Positions 42,439-52,630 are shown, counted from the stretch's first letter. The stretch is 64,000 nucleotides of DNA from Lytechinus pictus (GCF_037042905.1 NC_087245.1:30630001-30694000); one strand, 5' to 3'. A program made the numbers and translations. The notes: generated by a model not told the origin, from the sequence alone.

Positions 42439-44818
42439 GTCGAACATTAATTCGGCGCCACTAGGTAGAACGTCAATTCGGTACCCATCCCCTCCTCTAG
42501 GTTTAAGATCTATTCGGCGGACCTATATCGAACATCAACCTGGTGCAGCAGTCAGGTGCCCCACTTGGTGGAACAACAATTCAGCCTCCTCCCCAAGGTT
42601 GAACATCAATTCGGCGCCCCTATGTCGAACATCAATTTGGCGCCCCAGGACAAACATCAAATTGGCGCCATTAGGTCGAACATGAATTCGGCTCCCCCTT
42701 TGTCAAACATCAAGTCGGCGCATCTAGGTCGAACATGAATTCGCCCCCCCCCCCTCTCGGTTGAATATCACTTTGGCGCCTCCCTATGTCGAACATCATT
42801 CAGCCCCCAATGTTGAACATCAATTCGGCTCCCCTTTGTCGAACATTAATTTTGCGCCCCTTAGGTGGAGCATTAATTCGGCGCCCCCCCCCCCCTCGGT
42901 TTAACATCAATTCGGCGCTCCCTAGGTCGAACATCGATTCGGCGCCCACCCAGGTCGAACATAAATTTGGCGCCCCCCCCCCCCTATGTCAAACATCTAT
43001 TCAGCCCCCAAGGTTGAACATCAATTCGGCTCCCCTATGTCGAACATCAATTCGGCGCCCCCTGTCGAACATCAATTCTGCGCCTCTAGGTCGAACACCA
43101 ATTTGGTGCCCCCGCCCCCTCGGTTGAACATCAATTTGGCGCCACTAGGTAGAACGTCAATTCAGCGCCGCTTTTGTAATGATAATTACTTTTCATTGTC
43201 TCTGATAGCATACTCTGAGAAGACACATGGCTAATTTTAAAGGGGAAAAGTAAAAAGGAAAACAAACTAATAAAAATAAATAATGCAATATTTATTGAAA
43301 TATGATTTGAAATTACTCGACTGGCCGCAACCTTGATACATAACATCACAAAGAGATATCCCTGAAACTATTTTTTTGTAATGTGTGGAAATTTGTAAAA
43401 TGTTGATTCAAAAATCGTCGAATTCTGAGCGGTTTTCACGTTTTGAAACTGTTAGCATACAATATTTCGCGTAATATCAGGACATAATAAGGCTTTGAAA
43501 TATATTTCTATATATCCACAGTTTGTGATCAAATAAATAGGAAATATTTGCAACACAAATTTCAAGACAAATCACTTCTCAGTTTTCCAATAATATTGGC
43601 GGCATTACACATCGCCACCGAAGGCTACAGTGCACCTGCGTATTCTTTCATACTTCTTTAGAAATAGAAAACTACATGAATTAATTTGCATTTCGTTGTC
43701 ACTCCCTCTTTTATAACTCCATGTTATTCCCAAGCGAGCAACTGAAGAGTTGTAATACTGATAGTTGCATATTGTCAAAAAGTGTTGTAAACTCATAATC
43801 AAGTATAATCATATCATGACCGTTAAGTTGGGTATACCTGTATAATTATGCATTTTTAAATAAAGTTGTAGCATCTGATGGGTGCAAGGCATTTCTTTGG
43901 CATTTTTTGTCATCATAATAGCCACGCCCACTTTTTTTCACAGAGGCCTCCCCATATTATTATGGCCTATCAGGTCCATGGAGTAAACATCACCTTTGAT
44001 ATCAAATTGAAGCCAATTAAAACGAAAATGCAGAAGAGGAAGAAAGAGAAAAAAGGGGAAAGAGAGACGAAAGAAAAAGAAAGTCACTAATTTGATACTT
44101 TTTTTTTAATAGAAAACAAAGTTGAAGAATATTTATGATTGTCAAATAGTCAAATTCTTCATCAGAAGAAATATCTGACTTACGAGTATAATCAACTCAA
44201 ATTGACTGATGCCAAGTAATAAGAAGACCCCCCCCCCCACAGACCATGTTTGGTATCAAATTTAACTCATTGCAGATGGAATGTAACTATAAAGGTTAGA
44301 AGATATATTTAAACATCATGTAATGTCTTGAACAGTCTTTATCATATTTAACAAAATACGTGTAACATCAAATCAGTCCACGTATGTGAAATAAGATCGA
44401 TTTTTTAATAGTTTGATACAAAATTATATATATTCATCAAGTTCAAGGCAGTTCAAATAGCTATGGTTATACAAATTAAAATATGTTTGTGATAATGTAT
44501 AAGTTTATGTATAATATTTTGCCAGTACCATCCAAATTGTTTGAATGGAAATGAAAGGATTTTGGTATTAATTGTAACTAATGTGACCAAAAGAGAGATT
44601 TAATGCATGTATTTTTCCTTTGGTTTGTGATTTGGTTAAATAACTTTGGAATACTGTAAAAATAGTGATACGTAACGTCTGTTGTAAGAATTGTGTGTTT
44701 TTACCTCAGTGTGCCATATAGAACTAAGGTACAAAGTCAGAAACTACATAACATGTTCCAAATATCATGTGACATTAACCTAGGACCGTGATCCATTTCG
44801 ATCTTTTATAACCTTTAA

Positions 44819-45564
44819 AGGTGTACTCTGGATCGAAAATAATCATATCTAAATAATTACATAGAGTAAAATTCACCGAGCAAAATTCTAAAAATTGCAT
44901 CAAAATCTGAAAAAAAAATAACGAAATGATTGAATTTTAAAGTTAAGCAATATTGTGTGAAAACATATATGCACCCTCGTCATGAATATTCATTAGGTGG
45001 GCTGATGATGTCACATCCCCACTTTCCTTTTCTCGGGTTATTACATGAAATCATAATTATTTCATATTTTCATATATGTGTGTATGATAAGTCTCCTTTA
45101 TAATAAAAAAAGTTGCAGCAATGACTATCTAATGCGTTAACTCACTTTTTATATCCAATCTGTTTAGTCTTTTGAGGACAACATTTGAAGAAACATAATT
45201 TCATATATTTATTCATTTATTCATTTATCTATTTATTTTGTTTTATTTATTTTATACTGCAGGGTAGGCCTGTTCAGTTCTTAAAACTGCTTTACAAAGG
45301 CGCCCTGCAGTTTAAAATACATGTCAAGATAACCATGAACAACAACAACAACAACAACAACAAACATATGATAAAATAAAAAAGAACAAGTGTGTTCGTG
45401 GAGATATACATGTACATAGATCTGTTTCACCGAAATACTGCAAATCTATAAAATGTCATAACTTTGTTATTTCTTGTCAGATTTTGAAAAAAATGTTCAG
45501 TGTTTTGTATGCCTGATTTTTCTATATCTGTTCAAATCATAATATTTTCAGCCTGGAGAACCCT
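44819..45564. mobile_element. Kolobok-like MITE (second family), carrying a LINE 3' fragment
   Basis: TTAA|AGGTGTACTCTGG..GAAAATA...TATTTTCAGCCTGGAGAACCCT|TTGA; internal motifs resemble the 35,961 element. Confidence 0.7.
45205..45385 (-). mobile_element. LINE 3'-end fragment (CR1/L2 group) nested in the MITE
   Basis: The minus strand has a stem-loop at 45,256-45,311 followed by a degenerate (TAAA/TGAA)n tail. The 5' boundary is approximate. Confidence 0.65.
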
Positions 45565-45971
45565 TTGAATTACCAACTGATATGCGTTATTCATTTTTTC
45601 ATCACAATGAAATAGTGTGGAATTACATATAGAGTTGCCGTTAGTACTACCTATTATCATTCAACGAAGAGCTTACTTAGGCCTATTATCAAATATATAA
45701 ATTTGAAATATTCCATCATTTACAAATGAAATACATAAGAAATATAGTGCATGACATCATCGCCTATCCTGCTACTATATCATAGGTGAAAATAAGCTAA
45801 TGTCATAACTTTTTTAATTTACCTCCGAATTTTAGTGAAATTTTTCAGCATTATGGTTTGAATTTGTATTTTCTCTATCATTCAAATTAAATTTTTGATA
45901 ACATGGCCTTTAAAAAACCTCAAGTCTTTGAGTGAGTTTGAGTTGAAAATGTTTTTTCATGTCAAATTTCT

Positions 45972-46225
45972 GATTATAATAGTTGGATCTATAAAGCGTT
46001 TTTTTGCCTGAGGATACAAAGCGCTGCTATTATTACACAGGCATATAGGCGCTCAAGAATTCGAGGAATTTTTTCCTACCGGGTACCCATTCACATCACC
46101 TTGGCAGAGTGCAGCACAATGTCGGTAAATCTCTTGCTGAAGGAGAACACGCCATGGCTGGGAATCGAATCTACGTCCCTCAGATTGAAAGACGAGAGTC
46201 ATAACCACTAGACCACAACGCTCCC
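45972..46225 (-). mobile_element. tRNA-derived SINE with core domain and L2-like 3' tail
   Basis: Minus strand: GGGAGCGTTGTGGTCTAGTGGTT (Pol III A box), GATTCGATTCCC (B box), core-like CCTTCAGCAAG..AATGGGTACC, and a tail AGCGCTTTG..AACGCTTTATA..TATTATA. Confidence 0.8.
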
Positions 46226-46699
46226 AAATTTGGGTATTAACTTAATAGTGAAGCTCGTAAATGGCAAATGTTGCAGAGCTGAATTAGGGGTTATACTATG
46301 AAGGATGAAGAAGTTTTCTCGAAACGTAAATCGAGTACACTTCTTAGAAAAAAAACGAAGAGCCAATTAATGCTTGTGAAAGTATAAACATTTTTAACCT
46401 CAAACATTTGTGCTCCAAACAAGTCTCTGGTAGTATTTTGATGGGGAAGGGGGCAACCAAAAGGTCATATCATGTTTTTCCAATTGAAATAGCTGAAAAC
46501 GGCGCTGTATGAAACGGGCTCTGTGTCTGTTTTTATGATGATATTAAAGAGAAACGAAAGATGCAACTAGATTATTTCTTTTCTATTTTTTTTCCACAAG
46601 CGCAAATATTTATTGATGTCGACCAGCCCCTCCAACCCTTTGGGTATAGTGCAAGTACATCCTGAGCCACAGTTGGAAGTGGACAACGATACTCGAGTA

Positions 46700-46952
46700 C
46701 ACTCTAAAAATATTGGGTAAAAGTGCTCCATGAGGATAATTATTGTGTCCAACCAACATTGGGCATTTCTTTTCGGCATTTTTATTTATCCAGTGTGATG
46801 AAAATTGTGCCCATTCTAAGGTAATTGCTGCTTATTTTTCTAATCTTACTGGACAATATGTTACCCGCATTGGGTAAAATACTGCCCAAATTGGTTGGAC
46901 ACATAATTACCCTCGTGGTGGTAAAAATTTTACCCAATATTTTTTTACCTTG
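46700..46952. mobile_element. Palindromic MITE, CACT-type terminus, TA flanks
   Basis: CACTCTAAAAATATTGGGTAAAA / TTTTACCCAATATTTTTT, plus the inner pair TGTGTCCAACCAA / TTGGTTGGACACA. Confidence 0.75.
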
Positions 46953-47177
46953 TACACCATTCATGCCGTCTGGTCAGAGAGAAATAATCAGTGCAGGTCT
47001 TGTAAGTATATCACTAACAAAACATGCGAGCGCGAAGCGCGAGTTTAATTTTTTATATTCAGACCTGAAAAGGGAAATGTCAAGCACAGTTTGATTAAAT
47101 GAATAGGATAAGGATAAACGAACCAATAATGAGAGTGCGAAGCGCGAGTTAATTTGTTTTTGATCTACTGAGTCCTG

Positions 47178-47360
47178 GTAGGTGTTTCATAAAGTTGTTT
47201 ATAAATTAGGAGCGACTTTAAGAACGACTGGTGATCCTTCCTTAGGTGCTAAATAGTCACCAATGTACATTTAATGGTGAATATCATTTACCACAAGAAA
47301 GAATCACCAGTCCTCCTTAAAGTCACTCCTAACTTACGAACAGCTTAATGAAACACCCAC
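47178..47360. mobile_element. Harbinger-like MITE (CWG flanks)
   Basis: CTG|GTAGGTGTTTCATAAAGTTG..GACTTTAAG..GACTGGTGAT / ATCACCAGTC..CTTAAAGTC..CAGCTTAATGAAACACCCAC|CAG. Confidence 0.75.
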
Positions 47361-47439
47361 CAGAAAGGGAAATTTCAAACGTCGTTTAAATTCATAAATA
47401 TTACAGGATAACAATATCTCTGAACAAATAATCCCCGTG

Positions 47440-47810
47440 CATTTTTCTCTCTCTCTTTTACATTCCTTCATCCCCCTTTCCCTTTCACTAGCTTCTCGTC
47501 CTCTTTTTCTCCCTCTTTCCTTCCTTTCTCCCAATACCTTATTTGTTTCGTTCTCTCTTTTGGCACTTCCTTTCCATTCTCTTCTTCTTCTCTCTCTCTC
47601 TCTCTCTCTTTTCCACCTTCCTTTATTTCCTCTTTAGCTTACGAATCTTTTCTAGTCTTCATTATTTTTTTTACCATTTTCTTCTTCCCCGCTTCCTTCC
47701 CCCTTTTCCTTGAAATCTTTCTCTCCATTATTTCCTCTCTCTCTTTCCATTCTTTTCTAGTATCCATTTCTCTTTACCTCCCTCTTCTTTCCCTCTCACT
47801 CCTTTCTTTT
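47440..47810 (+). repeat. CT-rich low-complexity tract
   Basis: Near-pure pyrimidine sequence including (CT)n at ~47,589-47,609. Confidence 0.85.
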
Positions 47811-48063
47811 GGTGATCATTTTCAGAGTTGCTCCATTATATTGGAATTTTACTCAATACATAATATAATTTTAGTCCGATTATATAACGAGGCTATAGAA
47901 AAGAAACGAAACGATAGAGGGCTATAAATCTGTTTCACTTATGTTGCTTTTTCCCATCAGCGCAAGAATGAATCTGTTGTCGACTAAGACGTCTACCCCA
48001 CATTGGATATGATCAATTACCGCCTCGTGGAGTCACCTCGGGATCCTTGGCTTGGTAGAGACA

Positions 48064-48215
48064 TGGAGAGCGTTTCATGAAAGGACTTGTCGGATGTTTT
48101 ATCTGACCTGTCCTGTTTTGTCCCACAGTTACCATAGTAACAATCAAAATCAAGGAAAGTTGTCGGGACTCGGGCCTGACAACTTGTCGGATGAAAATGT
48201 TTATGAAATGCTCCA
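48064..48215. mobile_element. Degenerate Harbinger-like MITE
   Basis: Termini TGGAGAGCGTTTCATGAA / TTATGAAATGCTCCAG, with internal repeated TTGTCGGA/CTGAC motifs. Confidence 0.5.
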
Positions 48216-48267
48216 GGACTTACGGTGCACATCCCCATCCATGCGGCCTGGTCATGAATGGAGGACC

Positions 48268-48997
48268 GGAGCAGGTGGGGAACTCCCACTTCCCTGGAGC
48301 AGGCGAGGAACTCCCACTTCCCTGGAGGAGGCGAGGAACTCCCACTTCCCTGGAGCAGGCGAGGAACTTCCACTTCCCTGGAGCAGGCGAGGAACTCCCA
48401 CTTCCCTGGAGCAGGCGAGGAACTCCCACTTCCCTGGAGCAGGCGAGGAACTCCCACTTCCCTGGAGCAGGCGAGGAACTCCAACTTCCCTGGAGCAGGC
48501 GAGGAACTCCCACTTCCTGGAGCAGGCGAGGAACTCCCACTTCCTGGAGCAGGCGAGGAACTCCCACTTCCCTGGAGCAGGCGAGGAACTCCCACTTCCC
48601 TGGAGCAGGCTAGGAACTCCCACTTCCCTGGAGCAGGCGAGGAACTCCCACTTCCCTGGAGCAGGCGAGGAACTCCCACTTCCCTGGAGCAGGCGAGGAA
48701 CTCCCACTTCCCTGGAGCAGGCGAGGAACTCCCACTTCCTGGAGCAGGCGAGGAACTCCCACTTCCTGGAGCAGGCGAGGAACTCCCACTTCCCTGGAGC
48801 AGGCGAGGAACTCCCACTTCCTGGAGCAGGCGAGGAACTCCCACTTCCCTGGAGCAGGCTAGAAACTCCCACTTCCCTGGAGCAGGCGAGGAACTCCCAC
48901 TTCCCTGGAGCAGGCGAGGAACTCCCACTTCCCTGGAGCAGGCGAGGAACTCCCACTGCCCTGGAGCAGGCGAGGAACTCCCACTGCCCTGGAGCAG
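48268..48997 (+). repeat. 28 bp minisatellite (GGAGCAGGCGAGGAACTCCCACTTCCCT), ~26 copies, some 27 bp variants
   Basis: Directly visible near-perfect tandem copies; 27 bp variants lack one C. Confidence 0.97.
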
Positions 48998-49087
48998 GTT
49001 TTCATCAGGAGGCGATGGTGGGTCAGGTTGATTAATTCGGAGCCGTTGCTTGGAAGGCATCCCGCATGTGGTTACTGATGTAATTGT

Positions 49088-49620
49088 TAAAGTTGATTTG
49101 AATCAATAGAAAAAAATCACACAAGCATATCGCGCTAAAAATTTCATCAAAATCGGATGATAAATGAAAAGAAGTTTTGACATTTTGAATTTTTGCTTAT
49201 TTTTCACCCGTTAAAGCACATTTCAGTTACATGTTAATAAAATAATCGATGATGTCCCTCACTCACTATTTCTTTTGTTTTTAATATTTCAATTTTTACA
49301 GATTTGACAACAAGGAGCAACTTGATTGAACAATAAAATGTTTAAAAAATGGTAATACCACAAAGGTAGGGAGGAATAAAACTTTGTTTCACATGACAAT
49401 GAGGAGAAAATTTGAATATTTCATATGATAAAATGCAAAAGAAACAGTAAATGGGTGACGTCATCAGTTCCCTCATTTGCATACCGACCAAGATGTGCCT
49501 ATAACCGTTTTGGGAAATTAACCGAAATGTCAAAAAATTTTATGAGATTTTCAGTGTTATGCTTGTTGGATTTTTCTCCTTTTATTCAAATCAACTTTTC
49601 GTTTGGGTGGACTTGTCCTT
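49088..49620. mobile_element. Diverged copy of the 35,961 Kolobok-like MITE, left end eroded
   Basis: Shares gttgatttgaat.aataga, aatttcatcaaaatcggatg, ctcactcactatttcttttg and ctcatttgcataccgacca; ends GGGTGGACTTGTCCTT. Confidence 0.8.
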
Positions 49621-49859
49621 TCGCTAAGATTTCTCAATTGAGAGGACTAATGAGAAGGAGAATGTGGATGGTTCGTGGTCTTCGCCGTCGACGAAACACC
49701 ACCCATCAAAAGTTTGGGAACGCCTATATAACATACTAGGACAAACAACACACCTCGTATTAAAGAGAGTGGGTGCAGTTTTGTTTTGAGAATAAAATAA
49801 ACATCGTATCATTTAAAGTGCAACGCTATAGATGTGATAGGTTCTTCAAGGAAACATTG

Positions 49860-50073
49860 CACTCTTAAAACAAATCAGTCAAATTGACTAGACAAGTAGT
49901 CAGATGCATGGGTGGAACTGATAGTCTAGTTACATTTCTGACATATATTCTAGTCAGAAATGACTCAATTCTACTAAAAGACGACTAGAAAATGTTTAAA
50001 TACGACTAGAATAACAGTTGCACCCAGCTGACCCTATAAACTAGTCTCATTTAACTGATTTGTTTTTAGAGTG
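49860..50073. mobile_element. MITE with CACT...AGTG termini
   Basis: CACTCTTAAAACAAATCAGTCAAATTGACTAG / CTAGTCTCATTTAACTGATTTGTTTTTAGAGTG, with internal GACTAG repeats. Confidence 0.8.
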
Positions 50074-51607
50074 TACCGTTTTGCTATACTTGAAATGGTA
50101 AAAATCAGTGCTACATCTTTTCTCCTCCACCCCGAACAAGGACTCTAACAGGAGTATAATCTGTAAATAGATTCATAAAACGATTCTTTGGCGGTTCTTC
50201 TCTCATGGTGGGTTCTCGTAACAATACATGGCCTGTCATTTGGACACTTTGGACATCCTCTGACAAACCTTTTGGGACCCTTTCAGGTCTGTAGGTAAAA
50301 GGTCGTATCGAAAGTACGAGCAAAATTTGGATGCAGTCTTATTTACAATAATTTTCCTACGTGCATGGTTTCAGAAAGACCAACTTTTATGATTATATGG
50401 AAGGAAATACTGGTAAATAAATTTAAATCTCCCGCTTGTTTATATCCATACAGGTGTTCCGAAACTATTGAAGGGTGGTACCATGTGGATACCATGGTTT
50501 GAAAGATCACCCAGTGCAGTCTCGTCATGGTGAGGGTGTGACTGATCTAGGATCCAGTTGGTTTTCCGCCTTCCCAAGCCAGATGACATTTTCCTTCATT
50601 TTCCTGAGGATGTTAAATACTATATATTAAGATTGGTTGGTACAAAACAGGTTAACAAAATCGGTTCACCAATTCACCTTCCACGCATGCGGGGATTTTT
50701 TTAGCATATAAGCCGCATTCTCTGGGACTTTCCAATGTTTTAATGTAAAGTATCTACTAGTAATAGTTTTAAGGAGGAGGCTTTATTTAGTTGATCAGTT
50801 TGTTCTCCAAATTTGTTTAAGGCTTGTTTTAGATTTCGGTAAAAACACAACATAGTCATGATGATTTCAATGGTGATCCCGTAAGGAATGCTAACTTTGT
50901 TGAAGATGAATCCATCAAATCTCGTCTTAATTATACTTTAATGGGCAATATGTTTTGTAAAGCTCGGTCGCTTCATTTTCCCGCATAATTCCTCTAAAAA
51001 ATTAATAATTTCGCGCCCCTATTACTATTAGCCTCATTGGCATAATTGAGGCTCAGTGTTTGCAACATTCCTTTAAATAAGTTTAAACAAATTTAAATTA
51101 ATCTAAAAAAAATGCTTCTTGCGGGCGCATTAAACAGAAAATGGAGAGAGAAAAAATATAAATTAGAATCTTTATAATGCAGAAAGTATTTGAATTCCAC
51201 ATTTTTCTTAGAGCTCAGTCGCTTTGCTTCCTCACCAAGTGTTTTTTTTTTCCTTTCAGGATTTTACGGCATTAAAGCCTTGCTACCGCTTTGCCAAAAA
51301 GTAGGCCTTAACTATTTGAATGCCACTATTGTTAATTCTACTCCTTACATTTTTCATGAATTTTTTATCCTCCTAAATGTTGTTTATTATTTACAATTGT
51401 ATTTGACTAGGTGAATATTTTCCACTATTTCTGTTTTATTATTACTATTGCTTGAATCAAGAATATCTTGTGCAATCTGTTAAAACTTACTGAAATGAAA
51501 TGAGGTTTGGTTTACAATCAGGGTACACCAGTCTATCTTATTGAACAACAAAAAAGCTGTTTTGTTTTCCTCACCTTTTTTATGGCGAAAATCAAGGTGA
51601 AATAATA

Positions 51608-51999
51608 GGTAAATTGCCGATTCGTCTATTGCCAACTCGTCCACTTATCTCATTGCTCTACCTTCGTTTAGTCTAATGCCATTCGGTCCATTAACATTTT
51701 GTCTGGCAACCATTTGGTCCAATATTCACTTCATCTAATCGCCAGTTCGTCTATGACCATTTCGTCTGATAACCAGTTGGTCTAATACCCATTTTCTTTT
51801 CATTCATTTCGCCCAATTGACACTTATCCAATTAGACCAAATGGTTTATGGACTAAATGGCTATTGGGCCAACTGGTAATTAGACGAAATGGTGAGTGGA
51901 CGAAATGTCAATTAGACCATGTGTATGGTGGACGAATTGATGATAGACCAAATGATAGTAGATGAGTTAATTGTCAATTAGACCAATTGGAAATAAACC
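51608..51999. mobile_element. Foldback-type non-autonomous DNA transposon with arrays of ~13-16 bp sub-repeats, TA flanks
   Basis: TA|GGTAAATTGCC...GGAAATAAACC|TA. The left arm repeats CCA(A/T)TTCGTCTA-like units; the right arm (from ~51,830) repeats the inverse TAGACCAAATGG/GACGAAATG. Confidence 0.75.
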
Positions 52000-52504
52000 T
52001 AATAATATTTCTTTTAAGCTGTGAGGCATGATGTCACATCTGATTTTGGTTTCTAATGTCTAATTCTACCTTTTGATTATGTGTTCTGTCAAATGATTAT
52101 TCTTCGGAAAAGGGCACTTTTTGACGAAAAACGATTTGACAACATTTGAACAAAAAATCAGTAATCTGTAGCTTCTGGGGTTTCGCGGGGGTTTTCATTG
52201 TTAACAATGGCATTTCAAAAATAAAAGCAGTGATTGGTAAAACAATGCTTAATGATGGATAATAATAAAGATGCATTGGACGAAAATTTAAGAAAATGCT
52301 ACAGTAAATTTGGCCCTAAAAGGTCAGATATGGTCCATTTTGAGAAGTAAACGTATATCTCAATATTTTTCTCGTTTTCCAACAATGGCCAATGCCAATA
52401 AGTTGCCATAGTATATTTGAGATTACAATACACATAATATTTTATGATTCACAAAAGACCCTTTTGAATATATACCCTGATCATAACAAAACCCCACTTG
52501 AACT

Positions 52505-52630
52505 GGAATGAATGAACGAAAAGATAAATGTATGAATGAATGAATGATGGTACTGATTCCTGAATTCATTTATTCATTGATTCATGTATGCAGCATTCAT
52601 TCATTCATTTATTTATTCATTCATTCATTA
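52505..52630. repeat. Head-to-head (TGAA)n/(TTCA)n microsatellite
   Basis: TGAA runs at 52,505-52,547 followed by TTCA runs at 52,565-52,629. Confidence 0.75.

Larger units (their letters stand above)
1..43170 (+). repeat. Satellite DNA array, ~26-35 bp monomer (consensus ~GTCGAACATCAATTCGGCGCCCCTAG), single orientation, continues past the left window edge
   Basis: The motif GT(C/T)GAACATCAATT(C/T)GGCGCCCC recurs continuously, e.g. starts at 891, 917, 945, 971, 999 (spacing 26/28/26/28). Length variation is mostly in the C-tract. The last monomer ends ~43,170, followed by AT-rich sequence. Confidence 0.97.

Noticed and set aside
1..43170. CRISPR array
   Set aside because: Monomers are adjacent with no unique spacers, are themselves variable, and there are no cas genes. 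The context (LINEs, SINE, MITEs) is eukaryotic.
1..43170. CENP-B box or telomeric repeats in the satellite
   Set aside because: TTCG is present but not the TTCG....A..CGGG pattern. CTAGGGTTTAG occurs only as isolated monomer variants, not as tandem TTAGGG.
613..43234. Many short ORFs with VEHQFGAP / SNINSAP / RTSIRRP repeats as a repetitive protein gene
   Set aside because: They are the three frames of the same monomer. Monomer lengths are not multiples of 3, C-tract lengths vary freely and stops are frequent.
46150..46225. Functional tRNA gene
   Set aside because: The stems are imperfect, and the sequence continues into a SINE core and L2-like tail, so it is a SINE head.
48017..49060. 347 aa, 327 aa, 257 aa and 234 aa ORFs as real proteins
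   Set aside because: They overlap in several frames on both strands and are explained by a stop-free 28 bp minisatellite; no domain is recognisable.
50100..50620. Possible minus-strand exons
   Set aside because: Acceptor-like sites exist, but there is no coherent reading frame or recognisable protein similarity.
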